Source: Takakia lepidozioides (Eukaryota; Plantae; Bryophyta). From it: a stretch of DNA of 64,000 nt. Made by a program: the position numbers and the translations under genes. Shown here one piece after another: positions 1 through 11,625 of the stretch. Where the stretch lies: assembly GCA_030704615.1 (NCBI GenBank), contig CM060733.1, forward strand, positions 13,888,001-13,952,000, read 5' to 3'. The notes under the pieces are model-generated. The model had not been told where the DNA came from and did not search any database. It worked only from the letters and a program-made list of their open reading frames with translations. How positions within the stretch are numbered: the stretch's first letter is position 1; the number at the start of each line of letters is the position of its first letter.

Positions 1-62
1 CGAGGCTTACCAGTAAAATACTGCTCCCCAGCTTAAGATACAATTCATGCAGGATAGCCTAC

Positions 63-350
63 CTTGCGCCGCAGAGCCGTGTCACTTGCAACAGCAAGAG
101 CTGCCAGAGCAGTAGGGTCCCATGGGATCTCAATCACAACGTCTTCTTCTTTCCCCGAATCTAAGTGCACCTGCTTCATCTTCTTGAGGTCCACCCTTAC
201 ATCTTCACATCGCTCATTAAGGGTTAAGGAACGCTTATTGTCGCCAATAGCTTTCAAGATGGCTGCAACACACACTGAATCATACTTCCGCAATCTGCCA
301 GTGCTCACACACCGACGGTGGATAATCACATTCTTGGACTCGGGCGCCAT
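63..350 (-). CDS. First exon of a WWE-domain protein, paralog of the gene at 1999-4469; continues off the left edge
   Basis: ORF MAPESKNVIIHRRCVSTGRLRKYDSV...VRVDLKKMKQVHLDSGKEEDV..WDPTALAALAVASDTALRRK matches the WWE pattern and the paralog's WDPLQLASVAEASDKFLRRK. A GT donor follows RRK at the same position in both genes. Confidence 0.7.
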
Positions 351-1840
351 TGCTCAACAATTTGGACCTTGCAAGTTCAGAGATCACACAGATGCAACAA
401 TCCCTCTTCTTTCTGAATTCCCAAAAATAGAATCGGAGATTGTTGGCAACTTGCGTGCAGCGTTGCATGCACGACATCTCAAACCTCGCTCACTTTAGTG
501 TAACAAAGCTATTTAAAAATTTGTTAGCACAAACAGTACAGGTTTAGGGGATGACGGGCGTTTTCTCACCGAGTCTCACTATCCTAGGTGCTTCATCGAT
601 CGGATTAGATTAGGTCTGCTAGATGGGTCAAAAGGACAATTCCAAGCCTGGATCCTACAGTGCATACATCACAGTGACCCGAAAAAGAGAAACCGCAAAG
701 CGTTTCGTGTTATCACCTAATTTCACTGGCATGCTTGAAGGCTTAAAGGCACCACGACAAGGAACTGTCCTTGGCGCATTGCCAAGGGCGATACCGCCTT
801 CAGCTCTATAGCTCCGCCCCTCAATCTGCTGCATGGTGGCTGGCCTCTCGCATCACAGAGACGTTGCCTTGGGTATGGAGTCCACAAGCTCGCTCAGGAG
901 AACACCGGAGCACGCTGCCATCCCCACCAGTGAGCGGAAACGCCAGTAATGGCGGAAGCTCAAATAGTAGCCAGGCTGTAAAGATCTCAAAAAAACAAAC
1001 TAAACATGTCTGCCTCCCTGACCGAATATTTCATGAAACATACCACTCCTCCTGAACCTGCTTCATCTACCGCAGATTGGGCACGTATGTTCTCGTCCCT
1101 GAGAAGAGGGTCGATGAGCTCTTCGCAATGGTGGCCGTAGCTTTCAAGAGGTTGCCGAACAGATGTGAATGTGACCGTATAGCTGCGATTTCCCCGACCT
1201 CAGATTTTAATGATGTCACTGGAATCGATTCCCACATCTGGCCCACATGCGGGAATCGATTCCCACGAGTGGCCGTGTGGGGCCCACTTGGCCACTCCGT
1301 GAGTATGTGAGCTCATCAAGACACTAGACGCAGATATCCATCTTTGTCGGCTCTTCACATAAAGGTCGGAGGTCCCGTACTGTCAAAGGCGGCGCTTAGT
1401 GAATACATGGCTTTCATGTATACATCCGTTCTTCTTGCCTGCATGATGGGGGGATCACTGGAAAATGTAAACTGCAAAAAGCAGTATTACAGTTTGTCCC
1501 GAAATTCTGAGTATCTGTGGGCAGTCTTCAATGGATATGTATCCCTGAGCAAGGCTCTTCAGATTCTCTAGTATCGTTGAAACTCACTTCAAGAAAATGT
1601 GTGAAAACTCTTTGCGGCAAACTCTTAACGAGTTTATACATAGTCATCTTCATATATAATGATGCAGGCATTGAAGGGGATGATGGGGAGGCAATCATAT
1701 CGTGTGTACATAGAGCCTGCAGTATGGCTTGAGTTTTGAGTATTCCATAAGAGTTCCATCGCTGTTGCAGCTGCTCAATTTCCTGTTTTGCTATTGCCTG
1801 CAAGGCCCTGTTGAGTTCTATGCGCGTCTCCGTCGTCTCA

Positions 1841-1863
1841 CTCTCTCTCTCTCTCTCTCTCTC
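1841..1863. repeat. (CT)n microsatellite upstream of the WWE-PARP-like gene
   Basis: Uninterrupted ctctct run. Confidence 0.9.
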
Positions 1864-1998
1864 TTTCTGGAGCTTCTCAGATTATCCCGCTCGAGTGTCT
1901 CTGAGCTGGAGAATAAACTTGTTGGCAGCATCTAGATCTATTCTATTGTGTTTCCTCAGCTTTTGGGTCAGTGCCCGAGCGCATCGCTTCCGTCTTCA

Positions 1999-4469
1999 AT
2001 GTGTGTCTTGCAGCCCTGTGCCGACCCCATCCGTCCTGGTGTATATTGGAGGGAAGATCGTGGGTGGAAACTGTATAGTGATGTTGCAGCAAAAAATATC
2101 CGCCATGCAGTCGCAAATGGGCTCAGTCAAATTGATCTTGGGACGATAGTTTCTACCGTGCACCCGAATGGTGCACGCTATGTGTTGAATCTGTTTCTGG
2201 ATCGTATGGAGCAGATGAATGTCCAGAGTGGAATGAAACGGCCAGTGAAGATTGTTGAGCTCGCCAAACCTGTGCCATCTACTCCGGCCGGCCCTACACG
2301 CCAGGTACCCCTACTTCAACAGAGAGGGTCCATGGCGTTCAATGAAATCGTGACCATAAACGTCGGACTCATCTCATGTGCTGAAATGGAGGAAATACAT
2401 CTGTAGAAGTTGGAGTCGGACTCCACAACTTGAAATGTAGATCAAGCAGTTAAGCCATGTGCAGGTGTACCAATATCGTGTTTCAATTAAAGCATCGCTC
2501 TTGTGTTAGAAGCAGCGACCAGCGTTTATGTTAGTGATTTAGCGAATAAGTACTTGTTTAGAGTTTGTACTTGCTTGCGAAGCAAAAGATTTGGATCGTG
2601 GTCGAAGTTCACCGTGTGAGACCAACGACCACATAGGATCTGGATCACAAGGTGAGATCTTCACACAGTCCTCATGTGATAAAACTCGTCACATCACTAA
2701 TGATCAGTCCAGGGGTTGTCCGGGGCTGAAAAGCTCTGGTCCGTTTTTGCATGGCTGTGCACAGTTAACTATTGAGGCGCCAGCTCCTCCAGCCGGTCCG
2801 AGTGGTTTGATTTTCCACTACAAGGACCCTCTTACAGGAAAATTTCGGGCATACGATGCAGATGTCGGCCGCGCTCTCCTAGATGCTGCGTTTGCAGGTA
2901 ATTTGTACTGTATACAAACTCCCATCATGACAGCTGCCACTTCAATTATTCAGGTAAGCATGCGGACATCGCAGTGTTAATTGATCATACATTTGGGGTG
3001 TGAATTGCAGCTATTCAGATCTAATATTGCATTGTGCATAATTCTGAATGCCACGCGCTCACTAGCAGTGAAGGTTAAGGTTTTACAATTGAAGTTCTAG
3101 TTTTGCCGACTCTTTGTACTTAAGCCCGTCTGGATATGATATTCTTCACGTTTTGACAGGCAAGAAATCGTTGACACTCGATGTCAATCTCGACTACTGC
3201 AATGTCACTATTTTTTTTGACCTTACAACCATGAAGCAGCGTAACCAGAATACAGGAGAAGAGACAGAGTTTGTAGCCGAGATGCAGTGGGATCCGCTGC
3301 AACTTGCTTCTGTGGCCGAAGCATCTGACAAGTTTCTACGTAGAAAGGTAGTCCGGGAATACTTTCTACTTCCAAGCATTCGTTCTCGCTCCTACCAGTT
3401 GACACTATATTACTCTTGAAAGAAGCTTCTATAGATACTGTGACTGACTAAAGAGTTCAGATCTCTAAGTTTTAAACTGGGTTAGCAAGGTTTTTTTTTG
3501 CATTGCTTGAGTACTGAACATCAGGCTGGGCACACTGTCCTAACTTGACTTAAGATGTCCCACAAAGCCTTATGAGGCGCCCTTGATGGATTGTATGCTG
3601 TCAGTCAGAGTACGTTCTTGCTGGAAAAAAAATGGAATGTTTGCATTGGAGCACGCCTAATTGGAAACGAAGCTGAACAGGGACGCAGCACTGTAATTAT
3701 CAGTTTTGCTGAGGGACTTGGGTTGGCAGATTCTAGGCATGTTTATCGACAACTTTCGCAGTCAGGAAAACCTGGACCAAGTGATAGTTCCCTCCATGGC
3801 GCACCCTTTGAGGATCGTAACCAAACGTCGTAACCCTTTCCTCCGAATTGGGCTCCCACTGTACGAGCGATTCATGGATTCGATGGAGACCGTTTTGATT
3901 AAACAGAAGAATGCCTTCGGGAAGACTGCCTTCGGTAAGTTTGGGTCATTCCTTCGACAATTTTTGTTTGGTACAGCATAGTATGCTTTTGTGGATTGTA
4001 GTCACCCGGAAAAGTGTCTCTCAGTGTTCAGTATGGAACCGTACTACTGCATGCCGCGCGTCTTCCCCCTCACCGTTTCGCTGACATGCATGGAACAGAT
4101 TCAATACTGCGTGCAACCAAGAAAAGTATAACTTGCCTGGCAGAAGGTGGCGTGATTAGTGATGACACGCCCATGCGCGTAGGATTTCACGGCCAAAATT
4201 CAGGAGTGGAAGTAAATCCAATTTTCGAGAACGGCTTATCTCAGAAGAGCACAGTGGTGTGGTCGACCATGGGGGCATCAGTGCAAAACACTCTTGTCTA
4301 CAGTAAAAGCAAGGCATTCGGTATGGGCGCCGGGCCTGTCAACTTCAAGATAATCGCTTTCCTCGTTTTGCTGGTTTCTCCAGGGCCAACGTATGATGGC
4401 AATCTGGGGGGTTGCTTCAGCACTCAGCAAGAGTACTCGCTACCTTTTGCAGAGGTGGTCGTACGTTGA
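1999..4469 (+). CDS. Multi-exon tandem-WWE plus PARP-like (ART-fold) protein
   Basis: Exons about 1999-2304, 2765-2897, 3160-3347, 3704-3934 and 4144-4469 with GT-AG ends. WWE1 is YWREDRGWKLYS...YVLNL..MEQMNVQSGMKRPV; WWE2 is FRAYDADVGRALLDA...FFDLTTMKQRNQNTGEE. The C-terminal GFHG..IFENGL..VYS..EYSLPFAEVVV resembles a PARP catalytic fold. Phase across 3347/3704 does not match, so a micro-exon is missing or the gene has a lesion. Confidence 0.65.
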
Positions 4470-5113
4470 AGCCCGAAGTTTTGAGCAACGCAGAGCTAAG
4501 CGCAAGCGAGCATCAACTCCATAGAGCACATGTAGAATATGTAGTGAAGATCACGGTTGTTTTGTGTTTGTTGAAATCAACTTTCTTTGAAATGAGAGCG
4601 GACTTGAATGATATATATACAAGGAGCTTCTGGCACATTCCCTAAAGGAAAAATAACATTTTTCCCCTTTTAGAGTGCTTGAAAAGAACAAGTCACAAGG
4701 AACTGTGCAACGGAGGGAATTTGGTGGGCTTTCCCTTGCAACCTTTTGGGAAAAAAAACCCCGTGGGTTATCCGTGGGGTTTTTTCCGTGTGTTTCTTTC
4801 CCTTCTGTGGTTTTTCTTTGATGGGTTCCACTGTGGCCTGGAGGCTTGTCTTGTCATAGTTATCCCTTCACGATTTTCCCCTGTTTGTGGTTTTTTTTTT
4901 TCCTTCTGCAGTTTTTCTTTGATGTCCCCCTTGTAATATCTCATGGTTTTCCCTTGGTGGGTTTTTGCATCCTAACGTGTGATTTTTTCCCCTTGAATAA
5001 TAGATCTTTGGGTTTTTTCCCCTTTGAGATTTTCCCCGTGCGTTTTAATCCATTCCTCATGGTCGGTTGATGTTTTCCCCTGGGAACTAACTCCCCTTGT
5101 GTGCAAAGACGAT

Positions 5114-5187
5114 AATGTCATTGCATACAGCAGCACCACTCCCTCAATTAAATGTCATGGCATACAGCAGCACCACTCCCTCAATTA
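5114..5187. repeat. Two-copy 37-bp tandem duplication
   Basis: aatgtcat(t/g)gcatacagcagcaccactccctcaatta repeated directly. Confidence 0.9.
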
Positions 5188-5579
5188 AACGTTCACAATC
5201 GAATTGCAAGTAGTAATATTCACATAATTGCGAGCGAGTGAACAATGGAAGAACAATAAAACTGTGAAACTCAAATATCCTCATCCGCTGGAGCAGGAAC
5301 GCAGATTACATCCTCATCCTCCACTGGCAAAAAGCTTTAAAAAGGTTGTAAAGATCACCAAGGTTTCAGGAGAAATGCTACAAGTATATCCTGTTTGGTA
5401 CAATATGGCAAAAGATTGAATAGTGATGCCAGTCATTGCACAATCAAAAAGTGGAGGTAACATTATTGTGGGCACAACCAAGTTGGGGCGATAACGGATG
5501 TATCGTGGAGCCATCAAAAAGCAGTCATCAGCTACAGCTGGCTGTGAAGTGAAAACCTGCACATGTTATAGCCAGAGAC

Positions 5580-8432
5580 TATCCACTCTTTGCAGGTCCA
5601 GCAAGTACTTCTCCTCCCGCATTTTGTACTTCTCCTTTCTAATCAATTTTGCTCTTTCTTTTTTGCTCTTTCTTTCCACCTAACAGCATAAATTACCAAA
5701 ATATCCTTTTAAGCCTGTGTCATAATCAGCCATTATCAGATTGTTTGCATCCATGCAACAGCAACACACGGTGAGACCAGGTATCTTAGGAACCTCAAAT
5801 TCCACAGCTGTATAGGTCACAACAGGATTGACCCCCCACCACCCAAGGAAACCACAAGGGGCTCTAACAACTGGGTTTTCTATAGGGAGCTTTAGACTTA
5901 GAGATCACATAAGCGACAAGCTGGAACAAGCTTACCTGACAAGATTCTTTTCGACTCCTGCTCCGCTATCACTGGGCTCAAAACTAAACACTCGTTGCCA
6001 CCTCCTCGAGGGACACCTTATAGACAGATCCTGCCATGGGCGAATCAGAAAGGCCAGTGCCACCAACCGGCACTTTACATTATAGGCCCCCATCTTCCAG
6101 CCAATGTCCAGCTCCCATAGTGCCTTTAAGACCTCTGTCATTATCTCTTTTGGATCAGATTGGGACTGTGATTGATGGTTATATTCACAACAACCAAATC
6201 CAAAACGAAACACTTAGAAATGATGCTCAATTCTTATAAACCAAACAGGCCATAAAGTTTCAACCTCAATTTTTTGAACTAATATTGCAACATGTTGGCC
6301 TGATCCACATGGTCCTTACTGGCATGTCACCAGGTGTGACCGATAGTGCACCCCTTGACCAGGATATTGACCACTTCTAGGACAATGAGGAAGGATTCTA
6401 TCTCCCCCAATTTTGTGGTGACGAAAAGTAGGTTGTTGGGTGAAACATGGCCATCAAAGTGGCTCTCAGGACTCCCCACAGTGCGGCCATGGTATTACTA
6501 ACCAACCACCAGGCTTATCTGCTGGAACCTTACTGTCTCTTAACGGTTACATGGTTGGGGTGTCGATAGGGAAATATTCCATCGCGCAGATAGTGACACT
6601 GCCTGTGCTTCAAGCGTGGGTCTTCAATTGAAATCCTAGACTAGTAAATAGAACACCATCAACAAGTACATGAAATACAAGTACACTGGGGAATCTACCC
6701 TTGCATTTCGTAAGTGAGATACATGAGACAACGTCAAACGGTTTCAGGTCGACGGTTACAGCCTCCTGGAATCAAACTGTCTTGCAGATTTGGAGAAAAC
6801 TCTAGACAGATAGTGGGAGTGGGAGGATATGAAGGTGCCTGAAGACCCAAAGCCCACTTTCGCTCTGCGGCCACCTTATGTTGTAAAAGAGAAGAAGATG
6901 GACCCCGCCGATCCATACTAGCTGTATGCACTAGTACCTTCACTTAGGAAGGTCTCCCCAAGGGAGTTGAGCACATGAAATGCATGGGTAACATGGGGAC
7001 CAGGTGTTCCTGCATGTCCATCCTTCTCAAAGCAATGAGTGTCAACATATAACTGACATCCAGCTATCACCATAACCATCAAATTTCTTTAGACCCATCT
7101 TCCACTGACTAATAGAAACAACATCACCTTCCCAAGGCTCACATAGGCACCCAACAAAACTGCAAACCTGCCAAAAGCATATACAACCCAGCTTGAAAGG
7201 TCACGTGACATCTCTGAAAGAGTACTACAAATTTTGAACAGTCAAGGCAGGACATGTTGATGCAAAAGTTGTGCCAAACTAACAATAACTCGAATGCCCT
7301 GTATGCTTAGATTCCCTTTTGTTGTAGTGACCATGTATCAAGGACAGGCTGTCAGCCTCTTTGACAATAAGATAATTGCAGCCATAGGTGGGCACAAGCT
7401 ACTTACATGCCCCAGGTCCATGCTAAATGTCCATAACAAGTTCCTCATTCAGTTCAACTGCAACTCACCTTGGCTTCTTCAAACTCAGCCCCAAGATAGC
7501 CATTAGATAGACAACGCATGTTATCTAGCATTAGATAATATGCCACAGTTGCCTGCATCAGGCAAGCTAACTGTCAATGTTCCAACCTTTAATCCCAAAA
7601 AGATGCCAGTGCCCACTCGTCTGGTAAACTCCACACTTCATACAGATAATCCAACTGCGAGCAAATATGGACCAGCAGACTGACCTGCTCAGGCATAATC
7701 AGAACTATACCAGCCTTTCCGACTACATCAGTCAAGCCATGGAAATGGAGATAAAGATAAATCGAGAAATAGACCCTAGACTTAGTTGAGAAGCTACTAC
7801 AAGTAGAACGAGGAATCCATGGAAGCTGCTGTCGACAGGAGAAATATATAATCAAACTCAGATCTCAGTTTTGTACAGCACCACAACAATCCACCGACTT
7901 GAAGCCATGTTATAAAGCCATGCCTACTGGAAAAAGTCTGTACATTATTTTGACACGATTAAGCAAGGAGTCAACAAGCTGAGATCGGTCGAACCCTAAA
8001 AGCACCACTTCCTGGAGAATGTCTTCATCGATCTGCACACATATTTCCGCACACGTCAACCACTACACATGTTCAAATTGTTTCTCATAAACCAGAACAA
8101 GAATTATGACTTCCACACATAGGTAGACATGCAGGCTCTGGTAACATTTCTTTGCTCACCAATGTTCTCTTCGAGCACAGCTGAAATCAAGTTGATAGTA
8201 ACTAGCCTGCTATGGATATGTGGACACTAGATGCAACATCTCAACTTCAGCTACTCTCAGAGAGAGTGTACCTGTTAGCTTGCTGTATGGTATTAGGAGG
8301 AGGATAACGAGGCAAATGAGATTGAAACGAAGGATGCTGGCGAACCTCAAGAATAATAACCCGCTTCATCGGGTCCACTAGTAGCATACGTGCTCCCGGC
8401 AACAAATGGCTCGGTAGCGTGTAAATACAACC
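5580..8432 (-). pseudogene. SnRK1: SnRK1 alpha (KIN10/AMPK-alpha-like) pseudogene: end of kinase domain, UBA and KA1 exons only
   Basis: Exon remnants in order: GCIYTLPSHLLPGARMLLVDPMKRV..RQHPSFQSHLPRYPPPNTIQQA (~8432-8272), IDEDILQEVVLLGFDRSQLVDSLLNRV (~8032-7945), ATVAYYLMLDN..NGYLGAEFEEA (~7552-7469), AAERKWALGLQ (~6900-6838), SQSDPKEIMTEVLKAL..NVKCR (~6165-6060), YKMREEKYLLDLQRV (~5628-5585). Small deletions are present and the N-terminal kinase exons are absent. Confidence 0.85.
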
Positions 8433-9974
8433 CTGCACAAATAGGCACCCGCCATCTTCACCCCCCCACCTCCATCTCCGTCTGCCCGCTAGAGTTTCAC
8501 TGTGACAGAGTTGAGCTCAGCCAGGGGACTTAGCCGATTCTAGCTCATCTCTTCGGCGCGCAATCTTGTCCTTACGATCCTCAGGATCTGACGGTGAGTA
8601 GTTCTGTAATCGTGCAGATCTGAGTACATCCATAGGACGATGGAGATCATCCAAGTGCTACATGCATTGGGTGCTTGTGGCAGAAAATTTAAAGTTTCCA
8701 GGCCAGGTTTTTAGGTTTGTGAAAGCGAATTAGCTAACATAAATTTATTCTACAAGAATTTAAAGGTTAATAACTTTGTAAAATATATATAATTTAAATT
8801 ATTTATTTCTGTATACTAAAATAATTTTCATGGTTTTATTTATAAATTCAATTTTATTTATAAAGGCTTGTCCCACCAAAAAACATATATATTGCAGTAA
8901 AAGGGGGCAGTGGCCCTGGTTGGATATATATATATATATATATTTTGCAGAACAGGGGATATGGGCCCTGGAAATTTATTAATGGGAATTTTTAGAACAG
9001 GGAGGAAAAAATAAGCTCCAGGGCAGAGTTTTATTTTTATAATTTGAAAAATAGCACGAGTGGCTACAGAGTTTTGCAAAAATTAGGCATATATTCTATT
9101 CATCCATTCAAATTAGGACAGAATCATCCACATCCATACTGTCATCCATTCATATCATCCATATTTGGCAAATTCATCCATAATTTTTATTTGTTTTGGA
9201 GAAATTTGGCGATTTCATCCATGAAAAAAACATGGAATTTCCTACGGAATATTTCTTTTCTATTTTTTGAGGTCGCCATTTGGCGAAAATTCGCCAAAAA
9301 AAAACGCTGCTCCGGGGGCGTGAAGGTGCGAAACACGTGGGGAACTTCCCTGGACGTCTTATAATAAAGTTAACCAAGGCTGCGATCCCCCTGTTAACCC
9401 AAAAAAAAAAAAAAAAAAAAATCCCTGATAAACACAACAAAGGGGATTGGGACATTTTACCCCTACTCATCGTTTCCTCTTCCAGTTTCCCCCTTCAACT
9501 TTCCCTCCAGCTTTTCATAGCAAGGGATTATTAGTTGGAATGTTGCACTTTCCGTCCAAGTTTCCCTCTGATAAACATGCCAAAGGGGTTCTTTTAAGGG
9601 TTTTGTTATTTTCCATTTGTCAGGGGCCTAAAAAATTGGAACATACCCTCTTCCCAATAGAGGGGAAGTCCTATAAGCTCCTTGTATTAATTAATTAACT
9701 TTCCCCCAACTTTTCTCGCATGACCTTTGTAAGCGAAATTTTTGAAACCACTCTTTTATGGATTAATGAAATCCTATATTGCGACTTTGGACCAGAGAGC
9801 TAAGGAATGTACAGAGAATGAAGCATCATCTCCGTATATTGGATTGTAAGCAAGGCCTCGTTGCACCTCAGTGGGCTCAGACCCAGTAAATTTCTCCATG
9901 TAGGTACATTAGAAATAACGGTTTGCTGGACAAACGTTGGAAAGATGCTTAACTAGTGGGAGAACAGTGGCGCA

Positions 9975-10670
9975 ATCAGCTGGAATAGTAAAAAACAACC
10001 TACAGTTGTTGTGTCTACTACAGAGGCTAAATACATGGCAGCTGCCCAAGCTGCAAAGGAGGCGATGTGGTTGCGAACGCTCTTGAATGAGCTGAACTTC
10101 ATCCAAAAGAGGGCAACCCCGATCAAGAGCGATAACCAAGGTAGCCTTGCTTTGATTAAACACCCAGTCTTTTATGCTCGAACCAAACATGTTGATATTC
10201 AGCATCATTTTGTTAGGGAGCAGTCTTTCATTATTGTAAGACAGAGAGCTGACAACTGACATTTTGACGAAAGGTGTTCCAAGACCGAAGTTGGAACAAT
10301 GCATAATACAGCTAGGGTTATGAACAATGAAGATTCACAAAGTGGGAGTGTTAGAGAGTTTGTTCACTTCAGTGTAACTGATGTTCCCTGAATAGCAAGT
10401 TGGATATTGTTAGATGCTTTTGTTATTCATGTCATGACAGACAGAGAAAAGGCAGAGGAGTGCAAATAGGAATAGCACTAGTTGAGGTTTGTGTATTTAA
10501 GTAGGCACTTCAGGCCATTGAATAAATCTCTTTCAATCTCTCTCTGGAATAAAGTGTGTCTCTCCAGTAACCCGTCTTTGTCTTTGTTTCTATGTAATTA
10601 GCATAGTTGTATGCTACAGTATTCATCGTCTTTCCTCCCATGAAAATCCTGAAGTTAAGTCATCATGACT
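9975..10670 (+). mobile_element. Ty1/Copia 3' remnant: RNase H, PPT and 3' LTR
   Basis: WNSKKQPTVVVSTTEAKYMAAAQAAKEAMWLR...SDNQGSLALIKHPVFYARTKHVDIQHHFVRE. Purine tract AAGTGGGAG (10340-10348) is followed by TGTTAG. The LTR right end is uncertain. Confidence 0.85.
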
Positions 10671-11625
10671 TCTGGTACAACCACCAGCTCTAAGAAGAAT
10701 TCAGGTCAAACATATGGTTGCTCAGCTGCCCAAATCATCATTTTCACATAAGAGTCCAAGCTCAATAGAATTAAGACATACAAGCAAAGATGAGGTCCAT
10801 TGGATCGAGAGTTGCTCAAACTCTTCAAGGTCTAGCACAATGGGAACATGGATGGATATGAGAGTATGGCTCTATGCTGTGACCATTGGAGCTCCATTGA
10901 AATTCCAATATGAGAGTCTAGCTTCTGGTGGGATGGCATACTATGGTTGGAGTACGAAGTTTCATCATACTCCGAGTTCCCTCTCCAAGCCTTCAGAGTG
11001 GTTGGACAACAGGTTTGGGAAGGTGAGGCTATCTGCATTTGGGACATGAGGAAGTGTCACTGACACTGGCACAAGTCTCTTTGGTGGCTCCAGCTCTTAA
11101 TTTAATAAAAGTTTGCTTTTTATTTTGAAAAAGAAGCATAAGATTCTTATTGTTTCTATCAGTTGTTCTTCATTGTTCTAAGCAGGGCATTAACGTATGT
11201 TGTTCAATGTTGTAACCAATCCGTTCTTCGGTGTTGTTGGAGGTCGCGGTGTTGTATAGTTGCCGAGCTGCCAACGCTTGATTTTCAGAGAAATGTCTAA
11301 AATCACCAAACTTTAGAGATAAGTCCTGCGCATTGAGGGTTGGTGAAACTGTCCTTGGATGATAGCAGAGCTAGCTCCAAAGGCGCAATCTGGTGATGGA
11401 TCTGTTGTGGATGTACATAATGAAGGTCCAGGCGAGGATACAACAGGTATTGTGTTGATGATAATGCGAGGGTTGTTTCAGGTTATTCTCGAAAGTAAGT
11501 GACTGCAATTGTTCGCATGATCCTCTCGAAGACATCTTTCTTTGGAAGCAGATAGGAGCTTTGAGATATTTTATGAGTATTAGTGTCAAAAGATTGTAAA
11601 TAAGAAGAGGTTTGAGGCATGCAGG

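Larger units (their letters stand above)
4620..9684. mobile_element. Candidate non-autonomous TIR element, TA-flanked, enclosing SnRK1 fragments
   Basis: TA|CAAGGAGCTT at 4618-4629 and AAGCTCCTTG|TA at 9675-9686 are inverted. Tracts rich in TTTTCCCC/AAGGGG lie inside both ends (4730-5095, 9420-9670). Confidence 0.4.

Noticed and set aside
10714-11049. 111-aa ORF after the Copia LTR
   Set aside because: No recognisable domain or splice context.
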